64,000 nucleotides of DNA from Longimicrobiales bacterium (GCA_965198065.1 CBDAON010000004.1:1600001-1664000); one strand, 5' to 3'; shown: positions 28,513 through 38,533, counted from the first letter of the stretch. A program made the numbers and translations. The notes: generated by a model from the letters alone, not told the origin.

Positions 28513-29433
28513 ATGCTGAGAACGGTCCCCTTCCTGACAGCAGTTCTGCTCACGCTGCCCAGCCCCGGGGCCGCGCAGGAGGCCTGCGCGGACGGGATGA
28601 TCGGCGCCGTGGAGATCCGTAACCACTCCATCTTCAGCCCGGAGTCGCTCCCCCCGGAGGATGGGCTCGCCTGGACGTACCGGCTCGCGAGTGCGCTCCA
28701 CATCCGCACGACCGCGGCGTTCATAGAGGGTGCCCTCCTCTTCCGGGAGGGCGATTGCCTGGATCCGGTCGCCCTGAGCGAGAGCGTTCGGGTGCTTCGC
28801 GAGTACCGTTTCATCGCGAGCGCCGATGTGTCCGCCGTCGAAGGAGCGGGCGGTGCTCCCCGCGTGGTCGTGGAGACGAGGGACGAGTGGACCACTCGGG
28901 TCAGAGCCCTGCTGAGGATCGAAGAGGGAGTCCGCTTCGAGGGGGTGTCGCTCTTCGAGGAGAACCTGCTGGGACAGGGTGTCACGGTCGGAGTCTTTCA
29001 CGTCGATCGTGACGAGCGGCGCGACACCGGTTTTGCCATCGAGTCTCCGAGAATCGCGGGGACGTCGTTGGACGCCCTCCTCCGCGTCAGTCGAACCCGC
29101 AGAGGGGATGCCGTCGAGCAGGGGCTATTCGTTCCCTTCCACGGGGAGCGCACCGGGCCGGCCTTTCGGGAGTGGTCCTACCGGCGCAGGGATCTCCTCT
29201 CGTATGTGCTCCCGGAGGACGACGAGTTCTCGCACGTGGTCCTGCCGCTCGAGATCGAGCGAATCGAGCTCTCGTCGGCCCTTCGCCTCGGGACTCCGGG
29301 CCGTCTCTACGTAGCGGGCGGCGGGATCTCATTCGAGCGGATCGACGTCGGAGGAGCGGACTCGGCCGAGGGGGTACGGAGCGGAATGCGGATCGGGTAC
29401 GACGGGGTGGCGCGTGAGGGAGGGGGCTGGTGA
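28513..29433 (+). CDS. Omp85/POTRA-like outer membrane protein, apparently truncated
   Basis: Signal peptide, POTRA-like LLFREGD...ESVRVLR, first barrel strands FEENLLGQG. Only 306 aa with no recognisable barrel terminus. Confidence 0.55.
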   Translation: MLRTVPFLTAVLLTLPSPGAAQEACADGMIGAVEIRNHSIFSPESLPPEDGLAWTYRLASALHIRTTAAFIEGALLFREGDCLDPVALSESVRVLREYRFIASADVSAVEGAGGAPRVVVETRDEWTTRVRALLRIEEGVRFEGVSLFEENLLGQGVTVGVFHVDRDERRDTGFAIESPRIAGTSLDALLRVSRTRRGDAVEQGLFVPFHGERTGPAFREWSYRRRDLLSYVLPEDDEFSHVVLPLEIERIELSSALRLGTPGRLYVAGGGISFERIDVGGADSAEGVRSGMRIGYDGVAREGGGW

Positions 29434-30137
29434 CCTTCGGCTTGGCTCGACGGGCGCGCGGGGAGGAGCTCATGGACCGGCCGGACGTGCCGGAGGAGGA
29501 GCTCCGGGTCGCTCTCGAGCACGTGGCCGAAGCCAACTACCGCTTCGCGGGACTTCGGTCCCTCGTTCGCCACCTCGCCCCTTACGCGGCCGGCAGGGCG
29601 GAGCTTTCGCTCCTCGACGTCGGGGTCGGAAACGGGGCGATCTGCCGCGATGTCTCGCGGGCGTTTGCCCGGCGCGGCGTGCGAGTCCGGTGGGTGGGAC
29701 TCGATCTGCATCCGGTGGCGCTCAGAATCGCGAGGGCCGAGCTCGCGGGTGCGGACGGGCTCGGCGGCCTCGTGCGGGGGGAGGCGACGCGTCTCCCCTT
29801 CTTGGACGGCGCGTTCGACGTGTCCACGGCAACGCTCACGATGCATCATCTGGTCGATGCGGACTGCGTGGCGACGCTCTCGGAGATGGCGCGCGTGAGC
29901 CGGCTCGCGGTCGTCGTGAGCGACCTCGAGCGCGGGCTCGTGAACTATCTGGGCGCGCAGCTCCTCTCGATGACGCTCTGGCGGAGGGATCGCTTGACGC
30001 GACACGACGCCGGGCTCTCGGTTCGCCGTTCGTTCACGGCGAGTGAGCTGCTCGCGCTGGGACGGCGGGCCCCGTTCGCGTCCGTTCGCGTGCGGCGGCA
30101 CTTCCCCTTCCGACTGGTCCTGGAGGGGCGGCGATGA
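29430..30137 (+). CDS. Class I SAM-dependent methyltransferase
   Basis: ELMD N-terminus, LLDVGVGNG, TLTMHH, VSDLER, HDAGLSVRRSF. Confidence 0.88.
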   Translation: MTFGLARRARGEELMDRPDVPEEELRVALEHVAEANYRFAGLRSLVRHLAPYAAGRAELSLLDVGVGNGAICRDVSRAFARRGVRVRWVGLDLHPVALRIARAELAGADGLGGLVRGEATRLPFLDGAFDVSTATLTMHHLVDADCVATLSEMARVSRLAVVVSDLERGLVNYLGAQLLSMTLWRRDRLTRHDAGLSVRRSFTASELLALGRRAPFASVRVRRHFPFRLVLEGRR

Positions 30138-31357
30138 CCCCGCGGGTCGAGAGAGCGGAAGTCGTCGTGGTGGGCGCGGGTCCCGCGGGCAGCGCGCTCG
30201 CCGGGGAGCTCGCCGCTCGCGGCAGGAAGGTGCTTCTGGTGGACCGGCGCCTCTTTCCGCGGGCGAAGCCCTGCGGGGAGTGCGTGAGCCCGGGCGGGGT
30301 CCGCGCCCTCCGGCGGCTCGGGCTGTCCGGGGCCGTCGAGGGGACCGGGCCCGTTCCTCTCGACGGCTGGTCCCTCTCCACCCCTTCCGGCGCTCGCGCC
30401 TGGGCCGCGTTTCCGCGGTCCGAGCGTGGATGGGGCGTGGATCGGGGCACGTTCGATGCCGCTCTCCTCGGGGAGGCGCGACGGCGCGGTGCGAAGGTGA
30501 TTGAGGGGGTGCACGTCCGCCGCGTGGCCACCGGGTGCGCCTTGGAGCTCCCTCGGGCCTGGGGCGTGGCGGCCGGGGGTGAGGAGTGGTGCCTGACCGG
30601 CTCGGTGCTCGTCGGGGCTGACGGGCTCCGATCCGTCGTCGCGAGGGAGATTGGAGCGCTCCGGCGACAGCCCCGGCTCCGCAAGGTCTCGCTCACGTGG
30701 CGGATCCGCGGCACCGGCCCCCCGGACGACCGCGGACACCTCCTCCTAGGGGGCGAGGTCACGGTAGGACTCGCCCCGGTTCCGAGCCCCAGCGGCGAGC
30801 GAGACCGATGGAACGCGACGCTCGTGGTGGATGCCCCTAGGCTTGGGCGGGAGCTGCCCCAACGCGGGTGGGACCTCCTGACTCGGGGACTCCAGCTCCT
30901 CACGGGCGCGTGGGCGTCAGGGCCTGTGGCGTGCGACGGGCCCTGGGCCAGTGGACCGTTCGACTGGTCCACGGATCGGGTGCGCAAGGATCGCGTCGTT
31001 CTGGTGGGCGACGCCGCAGGGTACTACGATCCCCTGACGGGTCAGGGGATCTATCGGGCCCTCAGGGGGGCGGAGCTCGCGGCTGGCGTCATCGACGGGG
31101 CTCTCGTGAATCGAGGCTCGCCGCCGCGCTGGCCGGTCGCCGCCGGAGGGCTTGAGGAGTGCGGGCTCTCTACGTTTGCGGAAACGGTGGGCGGAGCCTT
31201 CACGGCCGGAGAGCGGGTCCAGCGGATGATCGAGGGCGTGCTCTCGCGCCCGACGCTCCGGGAGCCGGCGCTCTCGTTCCTCGGGTGGAGTCCGCGAGCG
31301 AGCTCGTTCCTCGCGGGGATCGTGGGGGACGTGCCGACTCGCCGACCCTTCGCGTGA
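30134..31357 (+). CDS. FAD-dependent oxidoreductase (geranylgeranyl reductase/halogenase-like family)
   Basis: VVGAGPAG, FPRAKPCGE, GADG, GDAAGYYDPLTGQGI. Confidence 0.9.
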   Translation: MTPRVERAEVVVVGAGPAGSALAGELAARGRKVLLVDRRLFPRAKPCGECVSPGGVRALRRLGLSGAVEGTGPVPLDGWSLSTPSGARAWAAFPRSERGWGVDRGTFDAALLGEARRRGAKVIEGVHVRRVATGCALELPRAWGVAAGGEEWCLTGSVLVGADGLRSVVAREIGALRRQPRLRKVSLTWRIRGTGPPDDRGHLLLGGEVTVGLAPVPSPSGERDRWNATLVVDAPRLGRELPQRGWDLLTRGLQLLTGAWASGPVACDGPWASGPFDWSTDRVRKDRVVLVGDAAGYYDPLTGQGIYRALRGAELAAGVIDGALVNRGSPPRWPVAAGGLEECGLSTFAETVGGAFTAGERVQRMIEGVLSRPTLREPALSFLGWSPRASSFLAGIVGDVPTRRPFA

Positions 31358-31400
31358 GGCAACGGGGGGTCGTCGAGGAGCGTTCACCGGAGGCGAGACC

Positions 31401-31877
31401 TTGAAGCGCGTGGACGAGGCCGCAGCCCTGGCGCCCGCCGACATCTGCTTCCGCGTCGCCTCCGACGTGGAGCGCTGGCCCGAGATCCTTCCCCATTACC
31501 GTTGGGTGCGGTTCCGGACGAAGCACGGTCCCGGTCGCGGTGTCGTGGAGATGGCGGCCTGGAGGCCCTTCCCGCTCTTCCGATGGCCCACGTGGTGGGT
31601 TTCGGAAATGGAGTCGGACGCGTCGGGCCGCACCGTTCGCTATCGCCACGTGGAGGGGATTACGAAGGGAATGAACGTCGTCTGGGAGGTGCGACCCGAG
31701 GCGGATGGGCGCACGAGGCTTCGGATCGTGCACGAGTGGGGCGGCCCGAGGTGGCCCGTGATCGGGGGCGCCCTGGCTCAGCTCGTGATCGGTCCCGGAT
31801 TCATCTCGCCCATTGCCGGGCGCACCCTCGGCGGCGTCGTACGCGAGGCCGAGTCGCGCGCCGGAGCCGCCGGATGA
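31401..31877 (+). CDS. SRPBCC / polyketide cyclase-like protein
   Basis: DVERWPEILPHY, HVEGITKGMNVVW. TTG start behind GGAGG. Confidence 0.85.
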   Translation: MKRVDEAAALAPADICFRVASDVERWPEILPHYRWVRFRTKHGPGRGVVEMAAWRPFPLFRWPTWWVSEMESDASGRTVRYRHVEGITKGMNVVWEVRPEADGRTRLRIVHEWGGPRWPVIGGALAQLVIGPGFISPIAGRTLGGVVREAESRAGAAG

Positions 31878-33199
31878 TTCGAGAGGGAGCCCGGCCACGC
31901 CGGGTGGCGATTACCGGGATCGGCGTCATCACGGCGGCGGGCATCGGGATCGACGAGCTCTGGCGGAACCTCCGGGTCTACCGGTCACCGGTGAGGGAGG
32001 TCACGCGGTTCGACGCGTCTCCCTTTCGGACGCGGATCGCGGCGGAGGCGAGCACGTTCGAGCCCGAGGCGTTCATGGGGCGCTCCGAGGCCAGGCGCCT
32101 GGATCGGTTCGGCCAGCTCACGATCGCGTCGGCGCGTCACGCGGTCGAGGACGCCTGCTTGGACGTGTCCAGCGTTCCGGGAGAGCGGGCCGCGGTGCAG
32201 ATGGGCTCGGCCCTCGGCGGGATCGCGCACGCGGAGGGGGAGTTCCAGACGTTCCTGAATCGTGGAATCCGGGCCGTCGATCCGCGCCTGGCGCTGAGCG
32301 TCTTCTGCGGGGCGGCGAGCTGCAACATAGCCATCGCGTTCGGATTCCAGGGCCCCAACTCTACGAACGCGATGAGCTGCGCGTCCGGTACGATCGGGAT
32401 CGGGGAGGGGTTTCGGCTTATTCGCGAGGGGGTAGTGGACGTGGCCATCACCGGCGGTGTGGAGGCCCCCCTGTCGCCCCTCACCTTCGGAGCCTTCGCG
32501 CTCATCCGGGCGATGAGCTCCAGGAACGACGATCCACCCGGTGCCTGCCGTCCCTTCGACCGTGGCAGGGACGGATTCGTCATGGGAGAGGGGGCGGCTG
32601 TTCTGGTGCTCGAGGAGGAGGGGCGAGCGCTGGCGAGGGGGGCCCGTGTGTACGCGATGCTCTCCGGGTACGGCACGACGAACGACGCGCACCACATGAC
32701 CGCGCCCCGTCCGGACGGGGCGCAGGCGGCCCGCGCCATGCTGGAGGCCTTGAGGAGCGCCGAGGTGGCGCCCTCAGAGGTGGACTACGTGAACGCCCAC
32801 GGCTCGTCCACGCCACTGAACGACTCGACCGAATCCTCGGCCATCCGATACGTGTTCGGTGAACATGCCGACAGCCTGCTCGTGAGCGCCACGAAGCCCT
32901 ACTACGGGCATGCCCTGGGCGCGTCGGGGGCCATCGAGGCCGCGATCTGCGCGAAGACCGTGCACGAGGGATGGATCCCCCCCACGCTCAACCTGTCCGA
33001 CCCGGGCGAGGGGTGCGATCTGACGTACGTCTCGGGCGAAGGGCGAGCATCCCCTGTGCGGCACGCCTTGAGCAACTCCTTTGGGTTCGGCGGCATCAAC
33101 GCTTGCCTCCTGCTCTCTTCCGCCGATTCGTCGGAGGGGCCCGACGGGGAGCCGCCCCCTCGGCTCGATTGGTCCGAGGACGGAACTCCGGGACGTTGA
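31874..33199 (+). CDS. Beta-ketoacyl-ACP synthase II family (FabF-like)
   Basis: RRVAITGIG, catalytic SCASG, NAHGSST, KPYYGHALGA, NSFGFGG. ATGA overlap at 31874. Confidence 0.93.
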   Translation: MIREGARPRRVAITGIGVITAAGIGIDELWRNLRVYRSPVREVTRFDASPFRTRIAAEASTFEPEAFMGRSEARRLDRFGQLTIASARHAVEDACLDVSSVPGERAAVQMGSALGGIAHAEGEFQTFLNRGIRAVDPRLALSVFCGAASCNIAIAFGFQGPNSTNAMSCASGTIGIGEGFRLIREGVVDVAITGGVEAPLSPLTFGAFALIRAMSSRNDDPPGACRPFDRGRDGFVMGEGAAVLVLEEEGRALARGARVYAMLSGYGTTNDAHHMTAPRPDGAQAARAMLEALRSAEVAPSEVDYVNAHGSSTPLNDSTESSAIRYVFGEHADSLLVSATKPYYGHALGASGAIEAAICAKTVHEGWIPPTLNLSDPGEGCDLTYVSGEGRASPVRHALSNSFGFGGINACLLLSSADSSEGPDGEPPPRLDWSEDGTPGR

Positions 33200-34200
33200 C
33201 AGAGGTCGCGTCGCTCCCCGTCTTCCTCCCCGAGTGGGCCCTGCTCCTCCCTCTGTCCGTCTCGCTCGGCGCCTGCCTCTACCTCAGCCTCTTGTGCCTC
33301 TCTGTCCTGCCGCTCGTTCCCGGGTTCGCCGACCTCCCCGGAGATCTGGAGCTCCTCGTCGGTCCGGAAACCACGCTGGTGGCCATGGGCCTCTACTTCG
33401 TGGGTTGGGCCGTGAGGGGGCACCCGCTCGTCGAGCTCTTGTGGGGAGTGGGAAACGTGGGTATCCGGTTCATTGCCGTCGCCCTCCTTGGGCTCCTCGT
33501 CCTCTCCGGCGGGGGTTCATTGGCCTCCGCTCCGTTCCTGCTCCTCGCCGGAGGTATTGCCGCGTACGTGCAGCTCCAGCGGGTCGGCTGGATCGTCATC
33601 GACCACCGGGGGGGCTGGATCCCGGCACGGCGCTGGATTCAGAGGCTCGGCGCCGAGTCGATCGCGCTGGGGCTCCTCTGGCTGGCGCTCCTTCACCCCG
33701 CCGTGGGGGTCGTCGCTTCCGCCGTGGCGCTGTTCGTCGTTACCGTCGCGGGACGCGCGTTCCACCAGGCCGGCCGGCTGGCCGTGGCGGTCGCGGTCGG
33801 GGCCTTCCACGCCGCCTCGGGCCGGTCGGGATGGCGCACGGGGTCGGCTCCACCCGGATGGGTGAGGCGCGCGAGGGAGTTCAACGACGAGGTCGGAGTG
33901 GATTCGGCGCGCGCGACGCGGGCTGCGCTGGTCCGCCCCGGCACACGTCCCGCGCTCGTGTACGGGTGGCTGGTGTCGTTCGCGACCGGGCCGGCGTTCC
34001 TCTTCCGCTCGCTGGATCGACTGTGGGAGATTTCACTCGAGCGGGCGACTCTGGAGAGCTGTGCCCGGCGCTTTCACATGACGGAGATCGGGCTCGAGGA
34101 CGAGGTCGGACGGCTGGCTCTCCTTGTCCCGATCGGCGGCCCGGGGCCTGAGGAGCTGGAGGGCATCTTCTCCGCCGCACCATCCGCTAAAAACCTTTGA
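33196..34200 (+). CDS. Multi-pass membrane protein (DUF4126-like N-terminus)
   Basis: About 6 hydrophobic segments then a soluble tail. TTG 33196 overlaps the upstream TGA. Family call is tentative. Confidence 0.6.
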   Translation: MTEVASLPVFLPEWALLLPLSVSLGACLYLSLLCLSVLPLVPGFADLPGDLELLVGPETTLVAMGLYFVGWAVRGHPLVELLWGVGNVGIRFIAVALLGLLVLSGGGSLASAPFLLLAGGIAAYVQLQRVGWIVIDHRGGWIPARRWIQRLGAESIALGLLWLALLHPAVGVVASAVALFVVTVAGRAFHQAGRLAVAVAVGAFHAASGRSGWRTGSAPPGWVRRAREFNDEVGVDSARATRAALVRPGTRPALVYGWLVSFATGPAFLFRSLDRLWEISLERATLESCARRFHMTEIGLEDEVGRLALLVPIGGPGPEELEGIFSAAPSAKNL

Positions 34201-34225
34201 CTCCGGAATCACCTGTTTATAGCTT
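34197..34225 (+). promoter_or_regulatory. Candidate sigma70 promoter for the sigma factor gene
   Basis: TTGACT (34197-34202), 17-nt spacer, TAGCTT (34220-34225) in an AT-richer intergenic patch. Confidence 0.5.
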
Positions 34226-34365
34226 TGAGGGTTCTCGTTGGACGGATTTCCGGGGTCCCGCCAGGAAGCGTCACGAGCCCTCGAGATCCGGCTCTCCGCG
34301 GGTTTGTCGGCCCAGAACATGTCCACAGTCGCTCCCGAAACCCATTGAGAGGCAGTGTGGAACGG

Positions 34366-35226
34366 ATGTTTACCTCCTCTCGCGGCCTAGATTCCTTCGA
34401 TCAGTATCTGCAGGACGTCGAGAAATACCCCCTCATCCAGGACCCCGCGGAAGAGCGAGCCCTCGCTCGCCGGGCCCGAGCCGGCGACAAGGAGGCCGCA
34501 GAACGCCTGGTTACGGCCAACCTTCGGTTTGTCATTTCGTACGTGAAGAAGTATCAGGGACGGGGGCTGGGGCTGGCGGAGCTGGTGTGCATCGGGAACG
34601 AAGGCCTTCTCAAGGCGGTGAAGAAGTTCGATCCCGACAAGGGAGTCAAGTTCATCTCGTACGCGGTTTGGTGGATCCGACAGACCGTTCTGCAGGCGCT
34701 CGCGGAGCAGACCCGCTCGGTCCGCATCCCTCTGAACCAGAACTCGAACCTGGCCCGCCTCGCGCGGACGAATACGGCTTTGACGCAACAGCTGGGGCGT
34801 CCGCCGACGGACCAGGAGATTGCCGAGGACATGGTGGAGCCCGTCGAGACCGTGAGAGCCCTCCGCCGGGTCGCTGCAAGCGAGCTCTCCCTCGACGCGC
34901 CGATCGATCGGAGCGATCGAGACAGTGCTTCTTTCGGGGAGCGGTTCGCGGGGGTCGACTCCAACGACATCGAGGAGGACGTGGAGGCCACCGCCCGACG
35001 GGACTTCCTGGAGGGCATGTTCGAGAGCTACCTCACGGAGCGCGAGCGGAAGATCCTCTACCTGTACTACGGGCTGGATGACGGTGAGGAGCGAACGCTC
35101 GAGGAGATCGGCTCCCTTCTCGGCGTGACCCGGGAGCGGATCCGTCAGATCCGGAACCGCGCCTTCGAGAAGCTCCGGGAGAGCCCCCACGGGGAGTCCC
35201 TCTCGGGCTTCTGGACCGCCAACTGA
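34366..35226 (+). CDS. RNA polymerase sigma-70 family factor (RpoD/RpoS-like, lacking region 1.1)
   Basis: DQYLQD, ANLRFV, KFISYAVWWIRQ, TLEEIG...VTRERIRQI. Confidence 0.95.
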   Translation: MFTSSRGLDSFDQYLQDVEKYPLIQDPAEERALARRARAGDKEAAERLVTANLRFVISYVKKYQGRGLGLAELVCIGNEGLLKAVKKFDPDKGVKFISYAVWWIRQTVLQALAEQTRSVRIPLNQNSNLARLARTNTALTQQLGRPPTDQEIAEDMVEPVETVRALRRVAASELSLDAPIDRSDRDSASFGERFAGVDSNDIEEDVEATARRDFLEGMFESYLTERERKILYLYYGLDDGEERTLEEIGSLLGVTRERIRQIRNRAFEKLRESPHGESLSGFWTAN

Positions 35227-35245
35227 GCGGGGCGCCCCGCCGCGC

Positions 35246-35611
35246 TCAGAGCTCGTCTTCGGCTTCGGTCGCGGAATCCTTCGGTGGCGAGAGCAGCACA
35301 AGCTCCCGGACGGTGATCTCGGCCGTTGGGATCGTCACACCGTCCCGGTCGTAGGAGTCGTAGCTCAGGCGTCCCTCCACGAACACCCGATCTCCCTTCC
35401 TCACGTAATCCTAGGCGAACACCGCGAGGCGGTTCCAGAGCGTGAGCCGGTGCCAGTCCGTCTTCTCGCGCTCCTCGTCGCCATTCGCCCCCATCCGATA
35501 GTTGGTCGCGAGGGAGAGGTGGGCGACCTTGGCGCCGCTCTGCGTCTCCTTGAGCTCGGGATCGCGCCCGACGTTTCCGATCAAGAGGATCTTGTTCACG
35601 GACCGGCTCAT
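35246..35611 (-). pseudogene. ssb: Single-stranded DNA-binding protein with internal amber stop
   Basis: MSRSVNKILLIGNVGRDPE...TDWHRL...AVFA, TAG at 35413-35411, then in frame DYVRKGDRVFVEGRL to TGA at 35246. Confidence 0.9.
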
Positions 35612-35758
35612 GGCCATCCCCTCCATCTGGCGGAACGACTCGGCCCGATCGAACCGGCACGGCCCGTCGAGCTCGGTGGATGGAAGGAGGATAAGAGGCG
35701 GGCTGGGGCGGTCCGATGGCGTGGGGGGCCTGGGTGAGCCCTGAGGGCAGGGGGCGTA

Positions 35759-38533
35759 TCAGCCGCTGCACTCGAACCACGAACGGCCGACCCCGACATG
35801 CACCTTGAGGGGCACGTTCAGTCGCATCGCGCCCTCCATCTCACGGACGACGAGCTCGCGGAGCTCGGGGACCTCGGCCTCGGGAGCCTCGAAGATCAGC
35901 TCGTCGTGCACCTGGACGATCAGACGGGCCTCCAGGGAGCGCTCCCGGATCCCCGAGTGGATGCGGATCATGGCGAGCTTGATCAGGTCGGCCGCGGTGC
36001 CCTGGAGCGGGGTGTTCTGCGCCACCCGCTCACCGAACTGACGCACGTTCCAGTTGTCGGACTCGAGCTCCGGAACGTAGCGGCGCCTCCCGCTCAGGGT
36101 CTCGACGTATCCCCTCTCCTTCGCGTGTGCCACCTGCTCGTCGAGGAAGGCCCTAACCCCGGAGAAGCGCTCGAAGTACTGGCGGATGAAGCTGGCCGCC
36201 TCCTCGTGGGAAATCCCCAGCTGGCGTGCGAGCGAGAATTCGCCCTGCCCGTACAGGGTCGCGAAGTTGATGGTCTTCGCGCGGGCGCGCTGATCGTCGG
36301 TCACCCGTTCGATGTCCACGTCGAAGATCACCGCCGCGGTCTGCCGGTGCACGTCGATGTCCTTCTCGAACGCCTTGACGAACGCCGTGTCTCCGGAGAA
36401 GTGAGCCAGGATGCGGAGCTCGATCTGGGAGTAGTCGGCTGCCAGGAAGACGTGGCCGGGGTCCACGACGAACCCCTTCCGGATTTCCCGCCCGACTTCG
36501 GTCCGGACGGGGATGTTCTGCAGGTTGGGATCGGACGAGGACACACGGCCCGTGGCCGCCACCGTCTGATTGAACGAGGCGTGGATGCGTCCGGTCTTGC
36601 GATTCACCAGCCGGGGGAGCGCGTCCACGTACGTGGATCGGAGCTTCTCCAGCTGCCGGTACTCGAGGAGATGCTTCGGCAGATCGTGCCCCTGAGCCGC
36701 GAGCTCCTCGAGCACGGAAGCGTCCGTCGAGGGCCCGGTCTTGGTACGGCGGAGCACGGGGAGGCGAAGCCTGTCGAAGAGGATCTCCCGGAGCTGGGGG
36801 TTCGAGTTCACGTTGAACTCTCCTCCGGCAAGCTTGTAGATCTCCTCCCGGATGGCGTCCAGATCACGCTCGAGCCTCTTGCTCATCTCCGCGAATACGT
36901 TCGGGTCGATACGGACGCCGTTCCACTCCATCTCCGCCAGAACTGGGACCAGCGGCATCTCCATGTCCCGGAAGAGGACCTCGAGCCCCTGCTGCTCGAG
37001 CTCTGGACGGAAGCGGTTCCATAGCTGGAGCGCGAGGTCGACGCGCTCGCAGGCGTACGGAGCCGCAGTTTCGATCGGGAGCGCGGAGAAGGGGATCTGG
37101 CTCTTCCCTTTTCCCGTGGCCTCCTCCCGTGACCGGGGGGCGCGGCCGAGGAGGTCGACCGAAAGCGTTTCTAGGGCGTGCGACCGGCGTCCCGGATCGA
37201 GGACGTAGGAAGCCACCATCGTGTCGGCGCTTCCGCCGCGGATCTCGACGCCGCTCCGGCGCAGGAGCAGGAGGTCGGTCTTCAGGTCCCGGCTGACCTT
37301 GGGCACGGTCCGGTCCTGGAGGAGCTCGACGAGCGGGCTCAACTCGTCGCTCGTGAGCGGGGGGAGGTTCCCCGGGGGCCCGCTTCCCTCCTCTCCTTCG
37401 AGAAGCGAGGCGGGCGGCGACTCGTGGCCGAAGGGAAGGTAGATCGCGGAGTCGGCCTTCCAGGCCAGGGAGATGCCGACGAGGCTGGCCCTCATTGGGT
37501 CGGGGGTCGTCGCCTCGGTGGCCACGGCGACGACTTCCGACTCGCGGGCGGCCCGGATTAGCCGCGCCAGCTCGGGCGGGTCCATGAGCGCCCGGTACCG
37601 GGGCTCGGACCCTTCACGCCGGGAGGGGCCGCCCGCGGCCGCGCCGAGCTTCTCGATCAGGGTTCGGAACTCGAGCTCGACGCAGATGTGGTAGAGGCGC
37701 TTCAGGTCGGGCTCGCGTACGCGCAGTCTCCCGAGATCGAGGGTCAGGGGCAGGTCCGTCTTGATCTTGACGAGCCGTCTGGCCTGCCGGATCTGCTCCA
37801 CGTGCCCGGCGACAGCGTCCCGCTTCCCGTTCCAGGGGATTCGCTCGGGGTCGGCAAGGAGCTCGTCCAGGGAGCCAACCTCGGTGAGGAGTCGCCGGGC
37901 CCACCCCTCGCCGATCCCGGGAGCACCCGGGATGTTGTCGGACGCGTCGCCCACCAGGGCGAGGAAGTCCACGACCTGCTCTGGCGGGACCCCGAACCGC
38001 TCCGACGCGTTCGACTCGTCCAACCATTCTTCGGCAACGCCGGTGGGTCCCCCGCGGCCGGGGTTCAGAAGGTGGACGCGGGGTCCGACCAGCTGGTGGA
38101 AATCCTTGTCGCCCGAGACGATCACGGCTTCGAGCCCCGCGTCGCTCGCTTGCCGAGCGAGCGTCCCGATGACGTCGTCCGCCTCGTAGCCGTCGAGCTC
38201 CACGACCTCGTCGTGGAACGCTGCGACCAGCTCCCGGATCCTCGGCAACGATGCCGTGAGCTCGTCCGGCATCTTTTCGCGCGTCCCCTTGTACTCGGGA
38301 AACTCCTTCTCCCGGTCGCTCGATCCCGCGTCGAAGACGACGGCGAGGTAGTCGGGGGCGTGCTCCTCCCGGATCCGGAGAAGGAAGTTCACGAACCCCC
38401 AGGCGGCTGACGTATTCTCTCCCCGGGAGCTCGTCAGCGGCCGATTCACCAACGCGAAGTACGAGCGGTATATGAGCGCGTACGCGTCGATCAGGAAGAG
38501 CCGCTCGGCCGTCTTGGGAGGGACGCGGGCCAT
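35759..38533 (-). CDS. polA: DNA polymerase I
   Basis: 5'-3' exonuclease LIDAYAL, EADDVIG, GDKD. Polymerase SSSDPNLQNIP, DYSQIELR, AKTINF, QVHDEL. Confidence 0.97.
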   Translation of the reverse strand: MARVPPKTAERLFLIDAYALIYRSYFALVNRPLTSSRGENTSAAWGFVNFLLRIREEHAPDYLAVVFDAGSSDREKEFPEYKGTREKMPDELTASLPRIRELVAAFHDEVVELDGYEADDVIGTLARQASDAGLEAVIVSGDKDFHQLVGPRVHLLNPGRGGPTGVAEEWLDESNASERFGVPPEQVVDFLALVGDASDNIPGAPGIGEGWARRLLTEVGSLDELLADPERIPWNGKRDAVAGHVEQIRQARRLVKIKTDLPLTLDLGRLRVREPDLKRLYHICVELEFRTLIEKLGAAAGGPSRREGSEPRYRALMDPPELARLIRAARESEVVAVATEATTPDPMRASLVGISLAWKADSAIYLPFGHESPPASLLEGEEGSGPPGNLPPLTSDELSPLVELLQDRTVPKVSRDLKTDLLLLRRSGVEIRGGSADTMVASYVLDPGRRSHALETLSVDLLGRAPRSREEATGKGKSQIPFSALPIETAAPYACERVDLALQLWNRFRPELEQQGLEVLFRDMEMPLVPVLAEMEWNGVRIDPNVFAEMSKRLERDLDAIREEIYKLAGGEFNVNSNPQLREILFDRLRLPVLRRTKTGPSTDASVLEELAAQGHDLPKHLLEYRQLEKLRSTYVDALPRLVNRKTGRIHASFNQTVAATGRVSSSDPNLQNIPVRTEVGREIRKGFVVDPGHVFLAADYSQIELRILAHFSGDTAFVKAFEKDIDVHRQTAAVIFDVDIERVTDDQRARAKTINFATLYGQGEFSLARQLGISHEEAASFIRQYFERFSGVRAFLDEQVAHAKERGYVETLSGRRRYVPELESDNWNVRQFGERVAQNTPLQGTAADLIKLAMIRIHSGIRERSLEARLIVQVHDELIFEAPEAEVPELRELVVREMEGAMRLNVPLKVHVGVGRSWFECSG

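Noticed and set aside
35411..35413. Pyrrolysine or genome-wide TAG recoding to explain the ssb stop
   Set aside because: TAG serves as a normal terminator elsewhere in the window (for example at 12451, 45558 and 56706) and no pyl genes are seen.
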